A stretch of 64,000 bases of DNA from a virus (lineage: Duplodnaviria > Caudoviricetes): IMG/VR virus record IMGVR_UViG_3300034170_000057; one strand, written 5' to 3'. Position 1 is the stretch's first letter. Every line of letters starts with the position of its first letter. A program made the position numbers and the translations under genes. Shown here piece after piece: positions 1-9,588 of the stretch. The notes beneath the pieces were generated by a model. The model was given only the letters and a program-made list of their open reading frames with translations, was not told the DNA's origin and searched no databases.

Positions 1-2
1 TG

Positions 3-500
3 GACACGTTTAAATCGTTTCCCCTGCCGAATCTGCGTCACCAGTTGTTCAAGCATAACGGCACGCACGTTCCTACCGCAGAACAGTTGGCAATCATCGC
101 GGATGAAACCGGCGAACGTGCCGAATATATTCAGGCATTGATCGACCAAGAGTTTCGCGCCCGGTGGTTTGAAAACACCGTTACTCGTTTCGGCGCTGTT
201 CACGTTCTTACGGTCGTGAGCAAAAACGAATATGAGGCGCTGATGATTGGACGCGGTACAGAAGCCGCGTGGGCACGCCTGCAAAACAGCATGCCTAACT
301 TCGGCCTGACCAGATACTATCCAATGACTGCCGGGGAACTGCTTTTCTTCCACGATATGAATGGTGGCCTTTCCTCTTCGCTGGAAATTTACAGCGGTAA
401 GGTTTCGATTCTGGACTTCCCGAAACGCACCTTGAAATACCTGTGTACGATTGACTCTCGCTTTGCCGATTTGGCAGCGAAAGAAAAACAATCCATCTAA
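3..500 (+). CDS. Hypothetical protein, 5' end truncated by window edge
   Basis: Frame of track ORF 45..500 stays open back to base 3 (DTFKSFPLPNLRHQLF...); ends TAA at 498-500. Confidence 0.75.
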   Translation, partial: DTFKSFPLPNLRHQLFKHNGTHVPTAEQLAIIADETGERAEYIQALIDQEFRARWFENTVTRFGAVHVLTVVSKNEYEALMIGRGTEAAWARLQNSMPNFGLTRYYPMTAGELLFFHDMNGGLSSSLEIYSGKVSILDFPKRTLKYLCTIDSRFADLAAKEKQSI

Positions 501-504
501 ATAC
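498..504 (+). promoter_or_regulatory. TAAATAC putative phage promoter (-10-only, T4-late-like) followed by leader hairpin 509-531
   Basis: TAAATAC overlaps stop codon of upstream gene; GGGGG...CCCCC stem-loop then SD AGGAG before ATG 551; same layout recurs at 8011, 22500, 26846. Confidence 0.45.
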
Positions 505-550
505 CGAAGGGGGCTTGCCAAAGCGGCCCCCGATTCTAGGAGAAATACCC

Positions 551-2065
551 ATGGCTGCAAAAATCACCCGTAAAGCCGCTGTTGCAGAGCTGGCTGATAA
601 AAAACCGGCTGTAAAGGCTCTCGACAAAATCACTGCTACAAAACCAGCGCGCAAACCACGGGAAGCAAAACCCGAAGCGAAACGTCGTTTGTCCAAAGGC
701 AGGCCAGTCGCTGAAACCCCAAAAGCCAAGCCGGTGAAGCCTCTGCAATTCCGGGATCTGTGGAGTGAAAACGTTCTGACGATCAAGGAATACGTTAATC
801 GTTTCGGGGGACATGACGCCGCACGCGTATACATCGACTACGCCGAAGACGAATTACCGAGCAATATCCTACGAATTAACAAAGGCATGCTTTGCAGCAT
901 GATCGCCGGTTCTGATCAAGACGTTGAGCGCGCCTATCGTCGTGCGTTGATCAGCTACAACCTCGGCCAACTGGCGCCGCACCAAGTTGCGAACGTACAG
1001 CGCCTATACAGTTCACAGACGATTGCGAAATGGCGCAAAGAAATTTCGCACCCTAGCTATGAAACGCTAACGGAACTGGAAAGCTACGGTATTTATTTGG
1101 TAGCAGGTTCTATTCTGGAAGAGGACGCGCCACAACAGCCACCACAAAAACAACCGGGCGCGCCGTTGTATCCAGCGGGCGACGAAATCTACGAAATCTT
1201 TAAATTGCGTGATTTGGAGCGCTGCGCTTATGCAGCGGTTGACTACGAGCGCAACGTAAACACGAATATGGCTTTCGACGATTACGAACGCTTGAGCAAA
1301 ATTGCAGCGTTCCGGGCCATGATGGAATTGTGGCCCTTGTCATTCCGCCATTACGCGAATGTGGGGGCTGATATTCGTGATGTAACGTGGACCCTGATCA
1401 CCGACGAATTCAAGGCTGTGGTGAGCCATGAGCGCGTCGAAGTCATTATCGGCACCGATGTTGCGGGGTACACGCTGTACGCCAGCGTAGATAGCTTGGA
1501 GGAAGCATTGGAGGGTGTGTTCCACCACTTCGACACCCTGAGTACCGATCAACTGCAAGGCATGCTGAGAACCGTGGGGTTCGACCAGATGTACGTGGCC
1601 GGGATGAAATTCGATTTATTGGCGAATCGCTCTTTTAATCCGGGGGCGTTTGTAAAGCCGACGTATGAACACGCCGTCGAGATTTACCATAACAGCGCAC
1701 GTATGTCCGCTGCCGATTTCCTGCTGCTGGCGGCGCAAACCACACGGGGCGTTTTTATCGAGCGCGCAGAAACGCACGGCACGTTCGACGAATACAATTT
1801 GATCGTGGATGACATGTTGTTTCGCGTCATGTATTTGGACAAGACAGATGCGTCGAGCAACGTCCACCATTGTGTGGCTTCCCTGAGCCTGCACCAAAAC
1901 ATTTTGATGACAGGTCGTCTGTCGCTGGAAGCACACGGCGTGTACATCGCTGAAAATTCAGTGATGCAATTGCCCGTCAGCGAAGCAGCGCAGGAAAGGT
2001 TCTTCCCGGACGTTGAAAACACCGAAGACGAAATCCTGTTTATCAACAGCGTGACATTCGTCTGA
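551..2065 (+). CDS. Putative DNA-binding protein: K/A/P-rich histone-H1-like N-tail, XRE-like HTH, unknown C-terminal domain
   Basis: SD AGGAG before ATG 551; N-term AAKITRKAAVAELADKKPAVK...KAKPVKP; YSSQTIAKWRKEISHPSYETLTELESYG resembles XRE/Cro HTH recognition region. Confidence 0.5.
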   Translation: MAAKITRKAAVAELADKKPAVKALDKITATKPARKPREAKPEAKRRLSKGRPVAETPKAKPVKPLQFRDLWSENVLTIKEYVNRFGGHDAARVYIDYAEDELPSNILRINKGMLCSMIAGSDQDVERAYRRALISYNLGQLAPHQVANVQRLYSSQTIAKWRKEISHPSYETLTELESYGIYLVAGSILEEDAPQQPPQKQPGAPLYPAGDEIYEIFKLRDLERCAYAAVDYERNVNTNMAFDDYERLSKIAAFRAMMELWPLSFRHYANVGADIRDVTWTLITDEFKAVVSHERVEVIIGTDVAGYTLYASVDSLEEALEGVFHHFDTLSTDQLQGMLRTVGFDQMYVAGMKFDLLANRSFNPGAFVKPTYEHAVEIYHNSARMSAADFLLLAAQTTRGVFIERAETHGTFDEYNLIVDDMLFRVMYLDKTDASSNVHHCVASLSLHQNILMTGRLSLEAHGVYIAENSVMQLPVSEAAQERFFPDVENTEDEILFINSVTFV

Positions 2066-2156
2066 TGCACCGGGCCATGCTTTGATAGGTGGCCCTTTTA
2101 TTATTTACACGGCTATAAATTTTTTAAGAAACCAAACCGGGATCAGAGGGTTTTCC

Positions 2157-2789
2157 ATGATGTTTTACATATCGGTTGGTGCCATGGCGTCGAACCGTTC
2201 CATTGTCGATTCTTACGCGGCGCAAATGGGATGGAGTGTGGAGCGGGCGACCGCTACTTTAAACGCATACGGAACGGGCCTTTATTTGCCCCCGTTGGAA
2301 GAGGTGAAAGCACTTAGCACCCTCGACGATTTTGAAACCGAATGGCGCATTGCCCTGTACGCCTATCACATTCTGGAAATGCAGCGGCTGGGTGCAGACC
2401 TCAACGCCGTCTGTAAGCCTGAGACGCGGGCCAAGTGGATACGCGGGGCGTCTGTGGTATCCGACAAGCTCAAGCGCAAGTTTCTGGATGTACTGGGCGT
2501 GGATATCGACCACGTGCCAGAAGGGCGCCGCTACACACATGCTGGCGACGGTGTGGGGAAGAAAATTGTAATCGACACGCGGCGCAATCATCTGCGCACG
2601 GATCGTTTCTGCTGGACGCTTTGCCCTGTGCATGAAAATGCCTACGTGGTGAAGTTGGAAAGCCGAAAAGAAATCGAAGACCTCGAAGAGGAATTGCGGC
2701 GTCTCGATATTTTCACAATGCCTACGGGCGATTTTATGAGCGCCGTTATTCCGGCACACGAAGCGAAGGTGTATTATGCCAAACCATGA
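2157..2789 (+). CDS. Hypothetical protein with possible XRE-like HTH
   Basis: ATG 2157 after intergenic AT-rich stretch; CKPETRAKWIRGASVVSDKLKRKFLDVLGVDI resembles HTH-XRE helices 3-5. Confidence 0.45.
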   Translation: MMFYISVGAMASNRSIVDSYAAQMGWSVERATATLNAYGTGLYLPPLEEVKALSTLDDFETEWRIALYAYHILEMQRLGADLNAVCKPETRAKWIRGASVVSDKLKRKFLDVLGVDIDHVPEGRRYTHAGDGVGKKIVIDTRRNHLRTDRFCWTLCPVHENAYVVKLESRKEIEDLEEELRRLDIFTMPTGDFMSAVIPAHEAKVYYAKP

Positions 2790-3190
2790 AAAAGATTTAT
2801 CGTAGCGCCAACCAAAAAGGTTGGTACATTCCTGAGCGCTTTGAAACCCAGCGCCAAAAGTTTCTGGATGTGGATTTTGGTAGTCCCGAGCAATCGTATG
2901 CAGCAGCTATGCGTGAGCTAGAGCCTGAAGACGCAACACTCCGGAAACTAGAAACGAAATCTCGTTCGAATAAAACGAGTGAATTGCCGGTGGGCATTAC
3001 GCACTATACTGTGCGCGACGGCAATCAAGTTAAACACCGGTTTGCAGTTTGTAATCCGGTGACAGGCAGACCGCAAATGGTACACATCGGAAACGATAAT
3101 ACCTACCTGCGGAACTGGGAACCCAAAATGGCAGTTGCCGAAGCACTTCGCGAATCATTCGTTGACGAACACAGGGAAATGCAGGCATGA
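2786..3190 (+). CDS. Putative tandem AP2-like DNA-binding protein
   Basis: ATGA overlap with upstream stop; QKFLDVDFGSPEQSYAAAM and SNKTSELPVGI...VAEALRE resemble bacterial/phage AP2-type domains. Confidence 0.4.
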   Translation: MKKIYRSANQKGWYIPERFETQRQKFLDVDFGSPEQSYAAAMRELEPEDATLRKLETKSRSNKTSELPVGITHYTVRDGNQVKHRFAVCNPVTGRPQMVHIGNDNTYLRNWEPKMAVAEALRESFVDEHREMQA

Positions 3191-4287
3191 CCATATCGCA
3201 GCAACAGATTACAGACATGACGGAAGACCGTCGCAGTTTTCAAGAATTTTACGACGTGCTGTTCGTAACCAACATTTACGAGTCCGCGAATTTCTTCGTC
3301 GAGGTATTCGATAAGTTCGGTCGGCATACCAAAACCCTTTACGGCAACGTGTTTCCGAAAGTTGGCGAACCGTTTGGCGACTACGAGGTTTCTATCGTCG
3401 CACAAGGCCTCACGCAGTTTCTGTATGACATGAGCTGTATTCATCGCTCTGCCTCAACGAAGACTGTTGTCTATCCATGGGCGGGTCTGCACGTTCAAGA
3501 TATCCTCCGTTACGTTCGTGGTGAATTGAGTTTTATCAGCGTGGCGAACGGTGTGGTAATCACTGACGAAAAAACAACGCCTATTCGTCTCCCGGTGGCG
3601 GCCAAGCCTCTTTTGATGGGACGCGAATTGCTGGAACTGCGCGCCCTATTTAAAGAGGTGTACCGGCCTCACATGTTGTCGCAGTTTCTGGAACGCTGGA
3701 AAGACAACATTGTGGATTGCTGCAATGTGCCAAAAACCCAAGAGGATTTACTGGGCGCGTTGGAACATTTGGCGGCGCTGCATAATCGCTCTTTTGAGTA
3801 CGGCCCGGAAGGCGTCGGCATTTCCTACGTGATTGGCGGAAACGTCAAAGTGAAATACCACAAGCCGAAGAAAGCGGTTTTGATCGAAGACGCATACGGG
3901 GGAGTAGTCGAACTCGACTTAGGCTCTGACGTGGTTGGCGTTGTTCTGGAGGCGATCACAGGCGCCCCGGACACCGGCCTAATGGGTATTCACGAAAGCA
4001 AGGGTTATGCAGCCCTAGAAGACCTCAAAGAGCGCCTAGCGTACTGCCCGGATGACCGCATGCAATCCTACGTGCGCCACGGGAGTGAATTCGTTGTGAA
4101 CCGTCGCGACCGGACGAATCACACGGGTAAGCTGGTTACGGCAAAGGATCAATACGATCAGACCTATCTGATTTTCGTGATGGAAAAAGACAAGGCAGTT
4201 GTACGCTGTGAATTGCACACCGCTGACCTATCGGAAGTCGGCAAGTTCTACGACGTAATCACCGGCTATATGGACGTGAACAAATGA
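3187..4287 (+). CDS. Hypothetical protein (366 aa)
   Basis: Long ORF, ATGA coupling at both ends. Confidence 0.85.
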   Translation: MTISQQQITDMTEDRRSFQEFYDVLFVTNIYESANFFVEVFDKFGRHTKTLYGNVFPKVGEPFGDYEVSIVAQGLTQFLYDMSCIHRSASTKTVVYPWAGLHVQDILRYVRGELSFISVANGVVITDEKTTPIRLPVAAKPLLMGRELLELRALFKEVYRPHMLSQFLERWKDNIVDCCNVPKTQEDLLGALEHLAALHNRSFEYGPEGVGISYVIGGNVKVKYHKPKKAVLIEDAYGGVVELDLGSDVVGVVLEAITGAPDTGLMGIHESKGYAALEDLKERLAYCPDDRMQSYVRHGSEFVVNRRDRTNHTGKLVTAKDQYDQTYLIFVMEKDKAVVRCELHTADLSEVGKFYDVITGYMDVNK

Positions 4288-5027
4288 ATAAATTCCGTGA
4301 GGAACTGGAAGAGCTTCTGGCCTTCCGCAAGGTGCCTTACATCGCAATCGAAAACACGGTTGCAGTGGACGGGATAGAAATTGAATTCCGTGCAAAGGAA
4401 TATGCGATCAAGGCGTACCAGCGTGCGGACTATCTGACTACCCTGAAACCGATCACCATCGGGCGTTTCCACTACAGCGATCTTGCGTTGGAAGCGTTGA
4501 CCGGCGTTGCGGATATGGCGAAGGAATTGATGCGCTGGCGGAAAATGCCGGGTTTCAATGTTCCGGAAATTGTGTTTGCTTTTGGCGAGCGTACTTTTCT
4601 GGCCGGTCGTAAATACTGGGCAGACGCCGGGCACATGTTCATTTACGCCATGTACCGAATCCGTGGCGTGAACAGCAATCACGAAACGTTTGTGGAACTG
4701 ATTTCGGATCACGGCACCCGTGAGAAATTCGTCGGCAAGAATCAACCGTTCGTGCTGAAGGAAAAAGCCTTCCTGAAAGTATCAGCTGATCCGTTTGTGG
4801 TGCGGTCGGAAAGTTATTATTCGACCATGACCAGTCTGCCCATAGATCCGAACATGGTTCTGGCGTGGTACGAACGTCGGCAGAAAACAATCACTACCAA
4901 TCAGGCGGAATGTGAGGCACACGGAATTACAATTGCGCAGGAACGTGTGCAGTTGGCGAACTTCCTTGTGCTGGTCCCGCGTGAAGAATTTGCAATCCCA
5001 TTACTGTTCCCGCATGAGTGGAACTGA
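4284..5027 (+). CDS. Hypothetical protein (247 aa)
   Basis: ATGA coupling; possibly remote paralog of next ORF (E.L..R.VP...I.I.F N-terminus). Confidence 0.85.
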   Translation: MNKFREELEELLAFRKVPYIAIENTVAVDGIEIEFRAKEYAIKAYQRADYLTTLKPITIGRFHYSDLALEALTGVADMAKELMRWRKMPGFNVPEIVFAFGERTFLAGRKYWADAGHMFIYAMYRIRGVNSNHETFVELISDHGTREKFVGKNQPFVLKEKAFLKVSADPFVVRSESYYSTMTSLPIDPNMVLAWYERRQKTITTNQAECEAHGITIAQERVQLANFLVLVPREEFAIPLLFPHEWN

Positions 5028-5037
5028 GGAAATCAAA

Positions 5038-5790
5038 ATGGCCGCATTCCACACTTTTCAAAAGCAGATTAATTATGTGCAGGAATTCCTGACCGCCCGT
5101 GCAATTCCATTTGATGTGGATAGTTCGCGCTGGGGGCCGATCATCCTGACTGAAGGCCTGCGCATTAACTTCAATAAGCGCACGATCAATGTCTACCACA
5201 AGAAAGTGGAAAGCCCGAGCGGCGTGCTGGATTGGAACTGGAGCGAACAGCTTCACGAACCGAAATCGCCGGAAGAAATCACAGCCCTCGACGATTACCT
5301 GAAACTGGTCTGCTGTGCTGCGCAGTATGCAAGCATGGCTCGCCAGTTCACCAAGTCGCCGGAGTGGATTATTTTCACTACGGTTTTCACCGACGACCGC
5401 ATACTCGACGAAAATCAAATCACGGTGCAGGCGTGGGTTGCCCTCAATCACTTGGGTGCCGACACGTACATGAAACACCTTTGCAATCGTGCGTACATCG
5501 TGACAAACAAGAATTACCACGATACCGATAGCGACCGCGTTTCTGTACGGGATTACAACCCGATGACGTTGGCCCTTGGTTCGCCTGTAGGCCAAAGCTA
5601 CACCGATGGACACAAGCCCGAAGCCGAGGGTAATTTCATCACGGACGGCCCTTTCACTTTCGTTCCGGCGCGTGCAACAATTCACACGTCGAGCAATTAC
5701 GTGTTGCCTGCTACCGAACCTGAGACGTGGCCCATTTGGGTTTTGGTTCGTTCCCATGATGTGAAAATGCGCGTGGAGACTTCAAAATGA
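5038..5790 (+). CDS. Hypothetical protein
   Basis: SD GAGG before ATG 5038; track ORF 4912..5790 over-extended. Confidence 0.8.
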   Translation: MAAFHTFQKQINYVQEFLTARAIPFDVDSSRWGPIILTEGLRINFNKRTINVYHKKVESPSGVLDWNWSEQLHEPKSPEEITALDDYLKLVCCAAQYASMARQFTKSPEWIIFTTVFTDDRILDENQITVQAWVALNHLGADTYMKHLCNRAYIVTNKNYHDTDSDRVSVRDYNPMTLALGSPVGQSYTDGHKPEAEGNFITDGPFTFVPARATIHTSSNYVLPATEPETWPIWVLVRSHDVKMRVETSK

Positions 5791-6395
5791 AACACGACAA
5801 ACTGATCAGCGATTTGTGCGTATATTTCGATGCCAAAATGGCCGACACGCACACCGAACAAGAAACGCAGCTTTTCACGCAGCTAGTTGACCTTCAACGG
5901 TCGCTCAAAAACGGCAATACGGAAATTCGCACACTTAGCATGTGGTGGGTTTTCTGGCGTGGCAAAAAAAGCACCATGGATTCCGTGACCGGCTTCGAAG
6001 AACGCGATGCGATGATTCGTCTCGGTTATGGGCAAGGCGCTGTAAATTCTGTGGATTTTATTTCCGCAGCGCCGGACGGCTGGCGAGTATTCCTCCCGGT
6101 CACGTTGCCCGATTACGAACACGCGTCGGACGTTGATGCCATGATCGAATGGTACAACGATAAAACCCGCGAAATCATCGTGCGCTACGTGGAAGAAAAT
6201 CTGCCGCTGGAATTGGTGCGTATGCTCAAACGCATGCACAGCCAGCAGCATAGCGTTGTGTCCCAGTACAAAGACCGGGAATTCACAAAGCATTTCCTTG
6301 TCATGTCGAAAGGTTACATGGCCGTGATCAACAAATTTCTGGAAGAGGTTCACCCGGATATTTTCAATTCGATTGATTTGGAGGCTGACGAATAA
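5787..6395 (+). CDS. Hypothetical protein (202 aa)
   Basis: ATGA coupling. Confidence 0.8.
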   Translation: MKHDKLISDLCVYFDAKMADTHTEQETQLFTQLVDLQRSLKNGNTEIRTLSMWWVFWRGKKSTMDSVTGFEERDAMIRLGYGQGAVNSVDFISAAPDGWRVFLPVTLPDYEHASDVDAMIEWYNDKTREIIVRYVEENLPLELVRMLKRMHSQQHSVVSQYKDREFTKHFLVMSKGYMAVINKFLEEVHPDIFNSIDLEADE

Positions 6396-7087
6396 TGTCG
6401 ATTCAAAAAGAAATGTTCTTCAACCACGTGGCCGATGTGATCACCGCCAACCCTGAATGGATGGGGCAGTTGATCATGACCATACAGGGCGCGGTTCTGG
6501 AAAAGCTAGCGCACACTAACGCGGCACGTAGCGAAGCCGAATTCGCTTTGATGGGCATTATTGATTTGGTGCCGAAAAAGAAACTGGACGATAACCCGGC
6601 TGCTGCCACGAAAGCTAAACGGGTTTTGAGCCAGTGCGGTTCTTTCCGGGGCACGGAATACGCGAAACAACTGGAACAGGAAATCACGGCGGGCACGTTG
6701 CGTATTTCTGCACAGCGTGAACAACAGAAAGCAGACGACGCACAAGCCGAAAAAGAACGTGTGCAACGCCTGCGTGAAAACCGTGAACGCGAGCGCCACA
6801 AGAAGCACCCGCTATCGACCATTACCGGCGAATCGCTGGCGTGGTCTGTTGCCAACAACCAAAGCCATATAAAGCCGTACAAGGTCGATAGTGGCAAAGG
6901 CCTGTGGTCATTCCACGCGTGGGTGCTGGTAGTGAACGAAGAGGCGCCATCGCAGGCACAAGAGCGCTCAATGCTGTATGTGGGTGACGGTCTGCGTGGT
7001 CGCTACACATTCGCCACCGAAGCGGATGCACTGACCTCGATTGAGGAAATCACGAACTACGGAAAATCTTTGCCGGAGAAACAGTAA
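6395..7087 (+). CDS. Hypothetical protein with central charged coiled coil
   Basis: TAATG coupling; QREQQKADDAQAEKERVQRLRENRERER. Confidence 0.8.
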   Translation: MSIQKEMFFNHVADVITANPEWMGQLIMTIQGAVLEKLAHTNAARSEAEFALMGIIDLVPKKKLDDNPAAATKAKRVLSQCGSFRGTEYAKQLEQEITAGTLRISAQREQQKADDAQAEKERVQRLRENRERERHKKHPLSTITGESLAWSVANNQSHIKPYKVDSGKGLWSFHAWVLVVNEEAPSQAQERSMLYVGDGLRGRYTFATEADALTSIEEITNYGKSLPEKQ

Positions 7088-7488
7088 TGAAAACGTACAA
7101 CGTGGTTACAGGCACCAATCGCGACCAATCTACTTTCTTGCTGGGTCACACCATCGGCAAACGGCTGGAACGTTTCGAATCTTTGATCGTGGTTGTTGCC
7201 GATCAGGATTTGCTTCCGTCACAATTGCGCGTGATGGGTGAATTCCAAAAGCCTTGCAAAGCGGTTGCAGTTTGTCACGGTGTGAGCCGGGTAGACGAAT
7301 GTATCGAGTATTACAAAAGCCTACCCGGCGATTCTGCGCCTAACATCCATATCGTTTATTGGATGCCTGCGCAAATCAAATACAAGCAAGATGCGGACGG
7401 CTGGATGCCGGTGGAAATCACCAGTGACCTTATCAAGCGCCAGATAGCACGCGCTGACGTTTCGACCATCACGCTTTTCGTGGAGTGA
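7087..7488 (+). CDS. Hypothetical protein, possible degenerate RecA-type alpha/beta fragment
   Basis: TAATG coupling; YNVVTGTNRDQSTFL occupies the strand-loop-helix position of a Walker A but lacks GK[ST]. Confidence 0.6.
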   Translation: MKTYNVVTGTNRDQSTFLLGHTIGKRLERFESLIVVVADQDLLPSQLRVMGEFQKPCKAVAVCHGVSRVDECIEYYKSLPGDSAPNIHIVYWMPAQIKYKQDADGWMPVEITSDLIKRQIARADVSTITLFVE

Positions 7489-8009
7489 AAATGAAATACG
7501 TTTTTCCTGAAATGATCGTCGCCCAATCGCGTCACGCAGGGGGCACCACCAATTCCGTCATGGGCGGTATGTTTATCGACATGGTGCAGGAACGAAGCCG
7601 CGAAGTGCAGCGCCCCATTTCGTTTTTGTTTCTGAATGACGAACAAAATCTGGCGTCGTTGTACATGCGTTTCACGCAATACTTTGGCAACAATGAACAC
7701 TACCACTACGTCGTCGGGTATTTTGATAAGCGTGTCAAACTCGTATCGGTTGCACACAGTGCAGAAACGGGCGACCACACGGCGAAAATAAAAGCCATCG
7801 TAGAATTTGCGATGGATCATCCGGAAGACGAAATTTGGGTGTACGTCGATACGCAGCGCACGTTCCGTCTGGCTTGTACTAGCCCCACTGGAATGGTCGT
7901 TCCTTTCACCGTTGAAACCAGCGCTGATTTGGCCGGTGTATTCGCGGCGCCTAACGTGCGTTTGCGCTATGCCGGTCTGGCGCTTACGTTGGGCGGTCGT
8001 CCTGAGTAA
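7485..8009 (+). CDS. Possible degenerate DnaB/RecA-like ATPase core
   Basis: AQSRHAGGTT (broken Walker A), ISFLFLNDEQNLASLYMRF (like helicase motif H1a ...LEM...L..R), IWVYVD (Walker B-like). Confidence 0.4.
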   Translation: MKMKYVFPEMIVAQSRHAGGTTNSVMGGMFIDMVQERSREVQRPISFLFLNDEQNLASLYMRFTQYFGNNEHYHYVVGYFDKRVKLVSVAHSAETGDHTAKIKAIVEFAMDHPEDEIWVYVDTQRTFRLACTSPTGMVVPFTVETSADLAGVFAAPNVRLRYAGLALTLGGRPE

Positions 8010-8010
8010 A

Positions 8011-8020
8011 CTGTAAATAC
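8011..8020 (+). promoter_or_regulatory. CTGTAAATAC putative phage promoter, followed by leader hairpin 8025-8059
   Basis: Directly after stop of upstream gene; GCTTGTCC/GGGCAAGC stem extended by GGTAGG/CCTTACC; downstream gene starts with TTG. Confidence 0.55.
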
Positions 8021-8076
8021 TAGGGGTAGGATGCTTGTCCATTCCGGGCAAGCCTTACCTCTAGGGGAACACCGTT

Positions 8077-8919
8077 TTGAAATATCCTGAATCTATCGTG
8101 GCAATCCGCCGCAAAGTTTTGCAAGACATTCCGCAACTCGGTTTGGGTGGCAAAGGTTTTGTGAAGGTTGACCTTCAGCAATTCTTGAACCTGACCAAAC
8201 GCGGTTTGATCATCGGCCAGCGTGAAGACCTCGACGAATCCCTGCACTGGGGCGAGGCGTACAAAGGCAATCGCGATTACGCGCAGTGGCTGAATTATTT
8301 CACCGTTGAGCAATACGGCTCGCCTGCATATCTGCCGGTAGTGAATCCGTACATGCGTGCCCGTGAAGGTAACGGCGAATCCGATTTGCAGGGCCGTGGT
8401 TCCCTGTGCCCCGGTGGGCATACCGATTTCCTCGACGTAAAAACCGTGATCAACGCGGGAGGTATTCCAACCAGCGTAATCGACGCATACGCCACGCTGA
8501 TGTTCAACGTGATGCGTGAAGCGTTCGAAGAAATGACGTGGTACGTAAACGGCGAAAAATTCGTCGCGTGGGAAAACGAAGGCACTCCGCACGAAAGACT
8601 GATTGCCACTGTTCACAGTCTGGCGCATCTGGCTTCGCTGCACTTCGAAGGCCTCATTTTCGACGCAACCGATAACGTCGGTCGTTTGCATGTGGCGGTC
8701 GCATTGCGTCTGCGTCTGCGCAAAGGCGTTACCGTGGGTTCGCGTGAAAAAGGCGTCGACTTTATTCCGCCTGTTGCACTGAAAGATTTCGCTACGGTTT
8801 ATCCGGGCGTGCAACTCGAAAACTGGTCGAAACTTTTCGCTGACCACCTGAACACTCTGACCGCTGATTACGAAATCGGTGAAGACATTTTCAACAACCT
8901 CGGATGGACCGAACAATGA
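8077..8919 (+). CDS. Nudix-fold predicted phosphoesterase (COG4112/YmaB-like)
   Basis: GESDLQGRGSLCPGGHTDFLD, REAFEE Nudix-box core, GLIFDATDNVGRLHVAV match the family pattern E.RL....S.G.GGH...D / RE..EE / G.I.D...VG..H. Confidence 0.75.
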   Translation: MKYPESIVAIRRKVLQDIPQLGLGGKGFVKVDLQQFLNLTKRGLIIGQREDLDESLHWGEAYKGNRDYAQWLNYFTVEQYGSPAYLPVVNPYMRAREGNGESDLQGRGSLCPGGHTDFLDVKTVINAGGIPTSVIDAYATLMFNVMREAFEEMTWYVNGEKFVAWENEGTPHERLIATVHSLAHLASLHFEGLIFDATDNVGRLHVAVALRLRLRKGVTVGSREKGVDFIPPVALKDFATVYPGVQLENWSKLFADHLNTLTADYEIGEDIFNNLGWTEQ

Positions 8920-9542
8920 CCGAATTGCCAAACGCGCCGCTTTCGTTTCGCTGGTATGACGCGCTTTTCAACACTGCGCGTTTTCAGCGTTACATTGCCA
9001 ACGTGCAATTGATGGAATCGCATATTCACATGCTGCGTGGGCAAGTCATTAAGGACGGTCGCGAACTCGACCGCCGCGCCGAAAAGCTGGACGAATGCCT
9101 CAAACGCATTGCAACGCTGACCGGCCCCGCGACCGAGCAAAATACGCCCTACCAAGTGCGCGGAAGTCACGGGCTTGGGCGGGTAAACGGCAACCCTGTA
9201 CAAGATCGCCCAATGGATCGCCCGATTGATGCGGTGCGTTCTACTGAGGGCACGGACACCAGTCGCACGCAAGACAATAGCGCTTTGCTCGCTGTTGCTG
9301 CTGTCATGCTCATGAGTGACGACGTACAGGCCGCACCAGAACCTGAAATCCCGGCACAGGCTGCACCAGAACCGTGTGCGACCCAACCAGAAGCACCGGC
9401 CTATTGCGCTCCGGCATACGTGGCGCCTGAGCCGTCGCGTGAGTCGTATTCGCCCCCTAGCCGCGATGATTCGTCGTATGGGCGTGGGGATGATTCGCCA
9501 TCGTCGTCTGGTGACAGCGGCGGCTCTGTTAGCAGCGATTAA
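8916..9542 (+). CDS. Hypothetical protein, coiled coil plus P/S/D/G low-complexity tail
   Basis: ATGA overlap at 8916; C-term SSYGRGDDSPSSSGDSGGSVSSD. Confidence 0.75.
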   Translation: MTELPNAPLSFRWYDALFNTARFQRYIANVQLMESHIHMLRGQVIKDGRELDRRAEKLDECLKRIATLTGPATEQNTPYQVRGSHGLGRVNGNPVQDRPMDRPIDAVRSTEGTDTSRTQDNSALLAVAAVMLMSDDVQAAPEPEIPAQAAPEPCATQPEAPAYCAPAYVAPEPSRESYSPPSRDDSSYGRGDDSPSSSGDSGGSVSSD

Positions 9543-9548
9543 ATCGAG

Positions 9549-9570
9549 TGGGTGCCCTTCGGGGTGCCCA
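9549..9570 (+). terminator. cUUCGg stem-loop (terminator or RNA stability/processing element)
   Basis: TGGGTGCCC-TTCG-GGGTGCCCA, intergenic, no clear U tract. Confidence 0.45.
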
Positions 9571-9588
9571 ACTTAGGGACAATGAAAG

